From NCBI GenBank assembly GCA_026994915.1, contig JALWPY010000107.1, positions 1-59,087 of the forward strand: a stretch of DNA of 59,087 nucleotides, written 5' to 3'. Shown here in pieces: positions 27,959 to 36,537 of this stretch. Every line of letters begins with the position of its first letter. Position 1 is the stretch's first letter. Below the pieces are notes generated by a model. It worked only from the letters and a program-made list of their open reading frames with translations, made no database searches and was not told the origin of the DNA. The DNA comes from Campylobacterales bacterium (GTDB lineage Bacteria; Campylobacterota; Campylobacteria; Campylobacterales; QNZT01). Made by a program: the position numbers and the translations under genes.

Positions 27959-27992
27959 AGATCTGCAAGTCGGTCGGCTTGCAGATCTTTTT
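27959..27992 (+). terminator. Rho-independent terminator after the DUF465 gene
   Basis: AGATCTGCAAG (27959-27969), an 8-nt loop, CTTGCAGATCT (27978-27988), then a TTTTT run. It lies between convergent genes. Confidence 0.75.
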
Positions 27993-27998
27993 ACCTCT

Positions 27999-28769
27999 CT
28001 ATTTTTTCCCCAGTTTCTGTGCCTGTAAAAAGGCTGCTTCTACCGCTTTGATAAAACTGTCACGTACACCCTTCTCCTCCAGAGCACCATAGCCCGCTGC
28101 TGTCGTACCGCCGGGACTCATCACCGCATCTTTCAACAGCGCCGGATGTATCTCAAGCAGATCACCCATGCCGGCAAAGAGCCCCTGTGCCAATGACAAA
28201 GCATCTTCACGTTTCAGCCCCGCTTTGACACCCCCGTCGGCCAGTGCCTCGGCAACCAGTGCCAGATAGGCCGGTCCGCTTCCCGCGATCCCCGTGGCGA
28301 TATCGATCTCTTTTTCACTTCCCAGCCAGAGCGCCTTGCCAAATGCCCCGCAGATCTGCATGGCTTCTTCTTTAAACCCTTCGTCACCGCAAAGTGTTGT
28401 CATCGATTTGCCGTACTTTGCCGCGAGATTGGGCATGGCACGCACAGTGTAGGTTGCCTCTGTAGCCGATTTGAGATCTGCCAGTGTCACACCCGCCATC
28501 ACACTCAGCAATGCAAACGCCTGCCCCTGCAGTTTCGCCGCCACCTCCGCATATGCATAGGGTTTGACCGCCATGATGACCCTTTTGCCACTGATATCGA
28601 CCTCTTGTGAAAGCGGGACGACTTGCACGGTGTCACCGTAGTTTTCACGTATCTTTTCCAGCCGCGCTCCTTCACGGGCGACCACTTCCACACGATAACG
28701 CTCCAGCAATCCCTTCAGAATCGCTTCCGCCATACTGCCGCTGCCAATGATCATAATCGATTGCTGCAT
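27999..28769 (-). CDS. proC: Pyrroline-5-carboxylate reductase
   Basis: 256 aa with an N-terminal IIGSGSMAEAI Rossmann motif and a C-terminal SPGGTTAAG motif. Confidence 0.9.
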   Translation of the reverse strand: MQQSIMIIGSGSMAEAILKGLLERYRVEVVAREGARLEKIRENYGDTVQVVPLSQEVDISGKRVIMAVKPYAYAEVAAKLQGQAFALLSVMAGVTLADLKSATEATYTVRAMPNLAAKYGKSMTTLCGDEGFKEEAMQICGAFGKALWLGSEKEIDIATGIAGSGPAYLALVAEALADGGVKAGLKREDALSLAQGLFAGMGDLLEIHPALLKDAVMSPGGTTAAGYGALEEKGVRDSFIKAVEAAFLQAQKLGKK

Positions 28770-29140
28770 CAGAGATACCTTTTGATCGGTTCGGCAATCC
28801 CGAAATCGGGATAGCGCTGTTCATCCAGCGGTACCTGGACAAGCAACCCTTTCGCTTCATTGATCACGATGGGAGCCAGGAAATTGATGACGGAGTTTTC
28901 GATCGGATTTTGCAAGACGACAATCGCCAGTACCAGCAGACCGGAAGCATCTTCGGCTTCCAGTTTCCGGGCATAGAAGGGCGGCAGATCAAACTGATAT
29001 TCTCGCAGCTTCCCGGGTTCGATGAGTGTAAAACCGATATCTTCATGCGAAAGTCTGTAAAAAAAATCATCGATCTTCTCAAGTTCAAAACTTTCGATCT
29101 CTTCAAATCCAAGTATCGGAGAGGTCACTTTTATCTGCAT
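28769..29140 (-). CDS. fliW: Flagellar assembly factor FliW (CsrA antagonist)
   Basis: 123 aa. ILGFEEIESFEL...FTLIEP...NFLAPIVIN matches the FliW family pattern. The stop overlaps the proC ATG (ATGA). Confidence 0.85.
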   Translation of the reverse strand: MQIKVTSPILGFEEIESFELEKIDDFFYRLSHEDIGFTLIEPGKLREYQFDLPPFYARKLEAEDASGLLVLAIVVLQNPIENSVINFLAPIVINEAKGLLVQVPLDEQRYPDFGIAEPIKRYL

Positions 29141-29190
29141 TCTTATCCTTTTGTTAACCTTTTGCTGCTATTTTATCTCTTGTAAACAGA

Positions 29191-29234
29191 CTGCAAACAA
29201 CAGTTATGCGTCCTGCAAACAACAGTTATGCGTC
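29191..29234. repeat. Perfect 22-bp tandem direct repeat (2 copies) in the fliW/bamD intergenic region
   Basis: CTGCAAACAACAGTTATGCGTC occurs at 29191-29212 and again, identically, at 29213-29234. Confidence 0.95.
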
Positions 29235-29240
29235 CACTGA

Positions 29241-29248
29241 ATATCGGC
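29241..29248 (-). promoter_or_regulatory. Sigma28 (FliA)-type -10 element GCCGATAT upstream of fliW
   Basis: The plus-strand ATATCGGC equals GCCGATAT on the minus strand, about 100 nt upstream of the fliW ATG. It is a 7/8 match to the enterobacterial sigma28 -10 (GCCGATAA). The -35 is poor. Confidence 0.3.
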
Positions 29249-29309
29249 TATTTTAGAGAAAAGTAACATAGATTCAGGTAAAATAATTTATAAATCAAGG
29301 AGAAACCTG

Positions 29310-29954
29310 ATGATAATTCGATATATCGCACCTCTGGCGCTACTGGCACTCATCTTTGCCGGATGTGCTTCCAAAAGCGTTCATGAAGAGTATAACAAGC
29401 CTGCGACTTACTGGTACCAGGAGATCCTCAAAAAGATTGCTGCGGGCAATATGGACAAAGCGGATGACGCCTATACCTCTCTGGCGAGTGAACATGTCGC
29501 TTCACCCTATCTCAAAGAGGCGATGCTGATTCTTTACCGGGTTCATCTCGAAGAGGAAGAGTATCTGATGGCTCAATTTTATCTGGACAACTATATCAAA
29601 CGCTATGCCACCAGCCGCAATATCGAATATCTCAAATATCTGAAGATCAAAACGAAATTCGCACAGTTCAGGCATCCCAAACGCAATCAGAAACTGCTGC
29701 TCGACACGATCGCTGAAGCAAACGACTATAAAGATAAGTTTCCAGGATCACTCTACAATCCGATGGTCGATACGATCCTGACAAAACTCTATCTGACGGA
29801 ACTGATACTCAACCGCGATATCGTCTCACTCTACAAACGGCTGGGACGTAAAAAAGCGGCTGAACTCTATCAGAAAAAGATCGATGCATCATGGCTCAAA
29901 GAGACACCGATCGCCACGGAAAACCAGAGTCTGTTTCAAAAAATATTACCTTAA
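29310..29954 (+). CDS. bamD: Outer membrane protein assembly factor BamD (TPR lipoprotein)
   Basis: 214 aa with lipobox LIFAGC|AS and TPR-like helices. The YWYQEILKKIAAGNMDKADDAY pattern is typical of BamD/YfiO. AAGGAGA SD. Confidence 0.75.
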   Translation: MIIRYIAPLALLALIFAGCASKSVHEEYNKPATYWYQEILKKIAAGNMDKADDAYTSLASEHVASPYLKEAMLILYRVHLEEEEYLMAQFYLDNYIKRYATSRNIEYLKYLKIKTKFAQFRHPKRNQKLLLDTIAEANDYKDKFPGSLYNPMVDTILTKLYLTELILNRDIVSLYKRLGRKKAAELYQKKIDASWLKETPIATENQSLFQKILP

Positions 29955-29971
29955 CCAAGGAGAACAGAAAC

Positions 29972-32392
29972 ATGCAATTAAGCCATTATGGTGAATTCCC
30001 ACAAAAACTACCGATTATCGTAGAGGATGAATTTTTTCTCTACCCCTTTATGATTTCACCGGTCTTTCTGACAGAACAGAAAAATATCGATGCCGCGACA
30101 CTGGCACTCGAAAACAATTCACTCGTCATGATCGTCCCTTCCCGTCCGGGACATGAAGGCGAAAGAGATTTTGAAGATATCTACGACGCCGGGGTCATCG
30201 GTACGATCATGCGCAAGGTGACACTGCCCGACGGACGTATCAAGATCCTCTTTCAGGGACTGGAGAAAGGACGCCTGATAGAACCGGTCTCCGATGCGCC
30301 GCTGATGGCACTGGTCGATACGATCAAACTCGAACCATACGATGAGCTCAAAGTTCATGCGACACTGGAGATTTTGCGCGAAAAAATTCGTACCCTCTCC
30401 ACCACGAGTGATCTTTTCGCACCCGATCTGCTCAAGACGATCGACGAGAACAGCGAACCCAACCGTATCGTCGATCTCGTCGCCAGTACACTCAAACTCA
30501 AAAAAGAGCAGGCGTACAAGCTCTTTGTACAAACCAGTCTCGAAGAGCGGCTGCTGATCCTGATCGAATATATCAGTGAAGAGATCAAGGCGAGCAAACT
30601 GCAGCGCGAGATCAAGTCAAAGGTCCATTCGCGTATCGAGCAGGTGAACAAAGAGTATTTTCTCAAAGAGCAGCTCAAGCAGATTCAGCAGGAGCTGGGA
30701 ACCGATACACAGCGCGAAGAGGAGATCGAAGAGTACCGCAAGAAGCTCGAAGCGAAGAAGAAGTATATGAGCGAGGACGCCTTCAAGGAGATCTCCAAGC
30801 AGATCGACCGCTTCGCACGCATGCATCCCGATTCAGCCGATGCGAACCTGATTCAGAGCTATCTGGACTGGGTGCTCGAGATTCCGTTTGGCAAATACTC
30901 CAAAAAGAAGCTCGATATCAACGAGGTGAAGCGTCAGCTCGACAAAGACCACTACTCGCTCACCAAAGCCAAAGAGCGTATCGAAGAGTATTTCGCGGTC
31001 AAAGAGCTGCGTGAGAAACGGGGCCTCAAAGACAAAGATGCCAAAGGAGAGATCATCTGCTTCGCGGGCCCTCCGGGCGTCGGTAAAACATCACTCGCCA
31101 ACTCGATCGCGACCGCACTCAAACGTAAGCTCATCCGTATCGCACTGGGTGGTCTGGAGGATGTCAACGAACTCAGAGGCCACCGTCGTACCTATATCGG
31201 TGCGATGCCGGGACGTATCGTACAGGGGCTGATCGAAGCAGATGAGATGGACCCGGTCATCGTGCTGGATGAGATCGATAAAGTAGCCAGAAGCCATCGT
31301 GGAGACCCGACGGCGGTACTGCTGGAGATCCTCGATCCCGAGCAGAACAAAGCGTTTCGTGACTATTATCTCAACTTCAACATCGATCTGAGCCGTGTCA
31401 TTTTCATCGCGACGGCCAATGAGGTGGGCTACATCCCGGCACCGCTTCGCGACCGTATGGAGTTCATCTTCCTCAGCTCGTACACACCGGACGAGAAGTA
31501 TGAGATCGCACGCAAATATCTGATCCCGCAGGAGCTCAAAAAGCATGCGCTCAAACCGGCGGAGTTCTCTATCTCGAAAGGGGCCCTGGAGCTGGTTATC
31601 TCCAACTACACCCGTGAAGCGGGTGTACGTAATCTCAGACGCCGCATTGCACAGATCATGCGTAAAGTCGCCAAAGAGATCCTGGAGCATCCGGAGATCA
31701 CCAAAGTGAGCGTCACCGTCAAGAATCTGCACAAATATCTCGACAAAGAGGTCTTCGAGATCGAAGCGGTACCTGCTGAAGGAAGCGTGGGTGTTGTCAA
31801 CGGCCTCGCATGGACTGCAGTGGGTGGTGATGTTCTCAAACTCGAAGCGATCAAGATCGAGGGGAAAGGGGCGCTCCAGCTGACAGGAAGTCTCGGAGAT
31901 GTCATGAAAGAGTCCGCGCGCATCGCGCTGAGTGTCGTGAAGGTACTCATCGACGAGCACAAACTCGATATCAATCCCGAGATCATCCCCAAGACACCCA
32001 AAGAGAAGGAGGAGGAGATCGAACCGCCGGTCAACGAAGTCTACAAGCGTTACGACCTCCATATCCACGTTCCGGAGGGAGCGACCAAGAAAGATGGTCC
32101 CAGTGCGGGTATCGCGATGGCAACGGCGATCGCGTCTATATTCTCAGAGAAGAAGGTGCGTCCCGATGTGGCGATGACCGGTGAGCTCGATCTTGTGGGC
32201 AATGTCTTGCCGATCGGCGGATTGAAGGAGAAGTTGATCGCTGCCTACAAGGCGAAGATCAAAACGGCGATCATTCCGCAGAAGAACTACGAAAAAGATC
32301 TCGACGACATTCCTGAGAGTGTCAAAGAGGCTATCGATATCATCAGTGTCACGCATGTCGACGAAGTACTGGAGATCGCTCTGGAAAAATAG
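29972..32392 (+). CDS. lon: ATP-dependent Lon protease
   Basis: 806 aa from the ATG at 29972. It has an N-terminal LON domain, Walker A GPPGVGKTS, and the proteolytic DGPSAG serine with a later K. The upstream 27 codons of the track ORF overlap bamD. Confidence 0.95.
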   Translation: MQLSHYGEFPQKLPIIVEDEFFLYPFMISPVFLTEQKNIDAATLALENNSLVMIVPSRPGHEGERDFEDIYDAGVIGTIMRKVTLPDGRIKILFQGLEKGRLIEPVSDAPLMALVDTIKLEPYDELKVHATLEILREKIRTLSTTSDLFAPDLLKTIDENSEPNRIVDLVASTLKLKKEQAYKLFVQTSLEERLLILIEYISEEIKASKLQREIKSKVHSRIEQVNKEYFLKEQLKQIQQELGTDTQREEEIEEYRKKLEAKKKYMSEDAFKEISKQIDRFARMHPDSADANLIQSYLDWVLEIPFGKYSKKKLDINEVKRQLDKDHYSLTKAKERIEEYFAVKELREKRGLKDKDAKGEIICFAGPPGVGKTSLANSIATALKRKLIRIALGGLEDVNELRGHRRTYIGAMPGRIVQGLIEADEMDPVIVLDEIDKVARSHRGDPTAVLLEILDPEQNKAFRDYYLNFNIDLSRVIFIATANEVGYIPAPLRDRMEFIFLSSYTPDEKYEIARKYLIPQELKKHALKPAEFSISKGALELVISNYTREAGVRNLRRRIAQIMRKVAKEILEHPEITKVSVTVKNLHKYLDKEVFEIEAVPAEGSVGVVNGLAWTAVGGDVLKLEAIKIEGKGALQLTGSLGDVMKESARIALSVVKVLIDEHKLDINPEIIPKTPKEKEEEIEPPVNEVYKRYDLHIHVPEGATKKDGPSAGIAMATAIASIFSEKKVRPDVAMTGELDLVGNVLPIGGLKEKLIAAYKAKIKTAIIPQKNYEKDLDDIPESVKEAIDIISVTHVDEVLEIALEK

Positions 32393-32393
32393 A

Positions 32394-32432
32394 TAAAAAA
32401 AGGGCGGCACGGTCTTGAAACCGTACCGCCCT
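32394..32432 (-). terminator. Rho-independent terminator for fba (possibly bidirectional with lon)
   Basis: A GC-rich stem (AGGGCGGCACGG / CCGTACCGCCCT, one mismatch) spans 32401-32432. On the minus strand it is followed by a T8 run (plus-strand A-run at 32394-32401). Confidence 0.7.
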
Positions 32433-32475
32433 TCAACAAACGTTTACGACCGGCAGAACCGGTCTCTGCTTTCAC

Positions 32476-33564
32476 TCAGTTTCTGTTGATGCAGTTGAGA
32501 TCTTCGAAGGCGACTTTAAGTCTCTCTACCATCGACTTCTCCCCTTCTCTTAACCACTTTCTCGGATCGTAATATTTTTTGTTCGGTTTGTCTTCCCCTT
32601 CGGGATTGCCGATCTGGCTCTGCAGATAGTCATGATACTTCTCCACATAGCCACGTACACCATCCCAGAAGGCCCACTGTGTATCGGTATCGATATTCAT
32701 CTTGATGACACCGTAGCTGATCGCTTCCTGAATCTCTTCATGGCTGCTGCCACTGCCGCCGTGAAAGACGAAGAATACCGGTTTTTCATCGGCAGTATTG
32801 TATTTTTCATGAATATATTTCTGTGAGTTGTCTAGGATTTTTGGCTGGAGTGTGACGTTGCCAGGTTTGTAGACACCGTGTACATTTCCGAACGATGCAG
32901 CAATCGTAAATTTGTCGCTGATGCGGCTGAGGCGTTCATAAGCGTAGGCAACCTCTTCGGGCTGTGTGTAGAGCAGCGAACTGTCGACACCCGAATTGTC
33001 CACACCATCCTCTTCACCGCCTGTGATGCCCAGCTCAATCTCCAGCGTCATACCGATACGACTCATGCGCTCCAGATACTTTTCGCAGATGGCTATGTTT
33101 TCTTCGAGCGGCTCTTCGGAGAGGTCGAGCATATGTGAACTGAAGAGCGGTTTGCCGTACTGCTCGAAGTGCTTCTCACTCGCTTCCAGAAGCCCGTCGA
33201 TCCAGGGTAGCAGCTTTTTGGCGGCATGGTCGGTATGAAGGATGACCGGTACACCGTATGCCTCCGCCAGCGTATGAACATGCTGTGCACCGCTGATGGC
33301 ACCGAGAATCGCCGCTTTTTCACCGCTGTTGTCGAGCCCTTTGCCCGCATAAAAAGCGGCACCGCCGTTGGAGAACTGGATAATAACCGGTGAATTGACC
33401 GTTTTCGCGGATTCCATCACGGCATTGACCGAATTGGTACCCACGACGTTGACCGCGGGAAGGGCAAACCCCTCCTCCTTGGCGATCTGAAAGATTTTTG
33501 TCACATCATCTCCCGTGACGACTCCCGGCTTGACGACATCCAAGATTTTAGCACCCATCTGCAT
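32476..33564 (-). CDS. fba: Class II fructose-bisphosphate aldolase
   Basis: 362 aa with the class IIa FBA pattern: PAVNVVGTNS, ILHTDHAAKK, EIELGITGGEEDGV, FVFHGGSGS. Confidence 0.93.
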   Translation of the reverse strand: MQMGAKILDVVKPGVVTGDDVTKIFQIAKEEGFALPAVNVVGTNSVNAVMESAKTVNSPVIIQFSNGGAAFYAGKGLDNSGEKAAILGAISGAQHVHTLAEAYGVPVILHTDHAAKKLLPWIDGLLEASEKHFEQYGKPLFSSHMLDLSEEPLEENIAICEKYLERMSRIGMTLEIELGITGGEEDGVDNSGVDSSLLYTQPEEVAYAYERLSRISDKFTIAASFGNVHGVYKPGNVTLQPKILDNSQKYIHEKYNTADEKPVFFVFHGGSGSSHEEIQEAISYGVIKMNIDTDTQWAFWDGVRGYVEKYHDYLQSQIGNPEGEDKPNKKYYDPRKWLREGEKSMVERLKVAFEDLNCINRN

Positions 33565-33588
33565 CCTTTATTGTTAAAGATTTAAACA

Positions 33589-34398
33589 CTATTTCATTTT
33601 AATATCGGCTTTTGCTTTGAGCTCTTGAGCGGTTTTTTTCATCATTTCCTGAAATTTTTTCACTTTCAGTGTCTGTTCGATATTTGGTTTTGCCTCTTCA
33701 AACGTCACATTACCGGCAGGTTTCTTATCCTCGAGATAGATCACATGGTATCCGAACTGTGTTTTGACCGGTGTTGTGGTAAATTGCCCTTTTTTCAGTT
33801 TGAATGCTGCATCGGCAAATGGCTTGACCATACGTTTGGCATCGAACCATCCCAGTTCACCACCATTGGCAGCACTCGGTCCTGTCGATTTTTTCTTCGC
33901 CAGTTCGATGAATTTCTGCTCGACATTTTTGGCTTTTTTAAGCTCTTTGATCACTTCTTCGGCCTCTTTTTTCGTTTTGAGCAGAATATGTCTTGCCTTG
34001 GCCTGTGCCGGCTGTTTGAACATCTGGATATTTTTATTGTAGAAATCTTTCATCTCTTTTTCAGAGACTTTGACGTTATCAAACTGCTTCTTCATCCAGA
34101 TCTCGAGTGCCAGTTCGCGCTTCATCGTTTCGAGCGTTCTCTGATAGTCGGGATCCTTCTCTATACCCGATTTAATCGCTTTATCCGCCAGCAGTTTCTT
34201 TTCGATCGCCTGCTCGACAATCTTTTTCTGCTGCTCTTTGGTCAGCTTGTCAAAACGTGCACCGGGGATCACCTGAATGATCGCCTGAATATCTTTGTCC
34301 GTGATCTGCTGCCCATTGACTGTCGCGTAGGTTTTCGCACTCAGTGCCGAGGTAAAAAGTGCCGCTGCGACGGCAGAAGCCAATACAATTTTTTTCAT
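33589..34398 (-). CDS. Periplasmic parvulin-type peptidyl-prolyl isomerase (Peb4 / HP0175-like chaperone)
   Basis: It has a signal peptide, a SurA-N-like helical region, and the parvulin core ARHILL...GGELGWF...FGYHVIY. I prefer the ATG at 34398 (AAGGAT SD) over the TTG at 34404. Confidence 0.8.
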   Translation of the reverse strand: MKKIVLASAVAAALFTSALSAKTYATVNGQQITDKDIQAIIQVIPGARFDKLTKEQQKKIVEQAIEKKLLADKAIKSGIEKDPDYQRTLETMKRELALEIWMKKQFDNVKVSEKEMKDFYNKNIQMFKQPAQAKARHILLKTKKEAEEVIKELKKAKNVEQKFIELAKKKSTGPSAANGGELGWFDAKRMVKPFADAAFKLKKGQFTTTPVKTQFGYHVIYLEDKKPAGNVTFEEAKPNIEQTLKVKKFQEMMKKTAQELKAKADIKMK

Positions 34399-34491
34399 AT
34401 TCAAATCCTTATAGTGGTAATTTTTAAAGATAATACTATAACTTCACTTTATTAACCAAAAGCAAATATTATTTTGGCTAATAAAGTATAT

Positions 34492-36459
34492 TTAAAGTCT
34501 TATTGTAAAAACGGCACCCTCTTTGCCGTTGGCGACGGTCAGTTTACCATTGCAACTCTCTTCGATAATGAAGCGTGACATATAGAGACCGAGCCCGGTA
34601 GAGTCTTTGGCATTTTTGGTCGTAAAGTAGGGTTCGAAGATTTTATCGATGATCGCATCATCGATACCACCGGCATTGTCGCTCACCTCTATGTAGTGGT
34701 GTCTGTCCCGTTCATAGGCGGTGATACTGATGATCGGTTTCGGGACTTCGCGCTTGATCAGGATATTTTCCGCATTTTTGATCAGATTGATCAGCACCTG
34801 AATCACTTCGTTGGGATGTGTACTGAACTCTCCCGGTGCACTGTTGTCGACCATAACATCGATACTGTTTTTTCGCAGTGAAGAGGACATGATGAAGAGC
34901 GCCCGCTCGATCATATAGCCGCAGGTTGTCAGTTCACTCTTTTTGGAAGGTTTGAAAAAATTCGTAAAATCATCGATCGTCTCGGAGAGGTGTTTGACAT
35001 ATCCTTCGATCTTGTCAAGAGAAGAGAGGAAGAAGGCTTCATCATACTTGCCAAGTTCCATTTTTACATGCAGTCCTGTCGATGTCGCACTGATAGCGCT
35101 GAGCGGTTGTCGCCACTGATGGGCGATGAGGCTCATCATCTCTCCCATCTGCGCCAGTTTGGAGTTGTGAATGAGGATGCTGTCTTTTTTCCGGTTCTTT
35201 GCGACCTCCTCCCGAATGCGCGATTCAAGCTTGTGGTTGAGTTCCTGCAGTTCAAGAGAAGAGACTTTGGCGATGTTGCTCAATGCACGCAGCGTCTGCA
35301 GATCGCCGTGCGGATCGGTAAAAGTTTTGAAAACCGGCTCTTTTTCAGGAACGGTGTCAGATTCGCTAAGTGTCAGGAAGGAGAAGCTCTGATTGAGAAA
35401 AAGTGTCTCTCTCTCGTTGGCGACGAACTCTCCGTAACCATAAAAACCGCATACGGGTGCGATCTGTGCCAGAGGCTCCGTCTCATAGAGGGCAAGCTCT
35501 TTCAGGAAACGTCTTCTGCCTGCCGACGCGAAGACAAAGATCGACTCGACCGGATTCTGCAACGCTTCGAGCGTGATCTTCCGGACATTGGAGAGCATCT
35601 TCTGCGCATCGCCGAACCCGATCTGTACCTTTTCTCCCTCCTTCATCCGGGCTCCGAAGATCAGTGAACCGTCTCCCGGGTCCCACAGCGGGGTTCTGGC
35701 GATGTATCGCTCCCCTTTTTTCAGGACGAAAGGGAACTGCAATCCGCTCAAAGGCAGATTCTCTGCAATCTCTTCACCGAGATAGCGTGCATAGAGCGAA
35801 CGCACGGACATCTTGTCGACACTGATGAGCCTGTTCTCTTTCGATTTGGTGATGGTAAACTCTTTGCCTACCGGTTCCCACTGCGAAGTATGGTAGTTGT
35901 GTGCAACGAGTATGTCACTCTCTATTCCGATCGCAACAACAGCATCAGTATGCAGCGTATCGTCTTTCATGACGAAGCCATCTGCAAATTTACCCTGATC
36001 GCCGCTGAGTCCTCCCGAAACTACCAGTGCCGGATGCTCTTTTTTAAGCCCTTCCAGAAGCGCCATGGCGTCGATCTCACCGGATCTGGCATAGAGTATC
36101 AGCGCTCTGGTTCCGGGTGTGACAACTCTCTCCGCGATCTCTCTGCCGACCTCAAAACTCTCTTTTGAAAGCTCAAAAAGAGCCAGAGAGAGCGTCGACT
36201 TTTCAAAGCCGGTAAAAGAGATAACTATATCTTTGTCGAGTATTCTGCCATCGAGCACTTCACCGTCAGTGGTTGTACCGACAATGGCTGCCGAGGGGAA
36301 AAGTCCCTTCAGATGCGCAAGCAGTGTACGCAGTTTTCTGGTATCGGACGAGTAGGCAAATATCTGAATCAGCAGTGACGGCGAATCGACAATCGCATGT
36401 CTGGCAACAAAATCTTTGAGTTTATCCAGACTTCGATAGCGTAAATTGTAGGTTCTCAT
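34492..36459 (-). CDS. Sensor histidine kinase with N-terminal FIST_N/FIST_C sensory domains
   Basis: 655 aa. The N-terminal approximately 380 aa fit a FIST pattern (LLIQIFAY...AAIVGTTTDGEV...GGLSGD). It has the H-box LIAHQWRQPL and a HATPase_c domain (NLIKNA...DNAGGI...GLGLYMS). No TM segments are evident. Confidence 0.8.
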   Translation of the reverse strand: MRTYNLRYRSLDKLKDFVARHAIVDSPSLLIQIFAYSSDTRKLRTLLAHLKGLFPSAAIVGTTTDGEVLDGRILDKDIVISFTGFEKSTLSLALFELSKESFEVGREIAERVVTPGTRALILYARSGEIDAMALLEGLKKEHPALVVSGGLSGDQGKFADGFVMKDDTLHTDAVVAIGIESDILVAHNYHTSQWEPVGKEFTITKSKENRLISVDKMSVRSLYARYLGEEIAENLPLSGLQFPFVLKKGERYIARTPLWDPGDGSLIFGARMKEGEKVQIGFGDAQKMLSNVRKITLEALQNPVESIFVFASAGRRRFLKELALYETEPLAQIAPVCGFYGYGEFVANERETLFLNQSFSFLTLSESDTVPEKEPVFKTFTDPHGDLQTLRALSNIAKVSSLELQELNHKLESRIREEVAKNRKKDSILIHNSKLAQMGEMMSLIAHQWRQPLSAISATSTGLHVKMELGKYDEAFFLSSLDKIEGYVKHLSETIDDFTNFFKPSKKSELTTCGYMIERALFIMSSSLRKNSIDVMVDNSAPGEFSTHPNEVIQVLINLIKNAENILIKREVPKPIISITAYERDRHHYIEVSDNAGGIDDAIIDKIFEPYFTTKNAKDSTGLGLYMSRFIIEESCNGKLTVANGKEGAVFTIRL

Positions 36460-36537
36460 CTTTCACAACAGCCTTAAAGTTAAAAATAATATACTTAAAG
36501 ACTATTGTATACAAATTACGATAATAAAAAGCTAAAA

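Noticed and set aside
29191-29234. The 22-bp tandem repeat as a possible CRISPR array or mobile-element end.
   Set aside because: There are only two directly abutting copies with no spacer, no cas genes, no inverted terminal repeats and no transposase nearby. It is better explained as a local duplication in a leader or promoter region.
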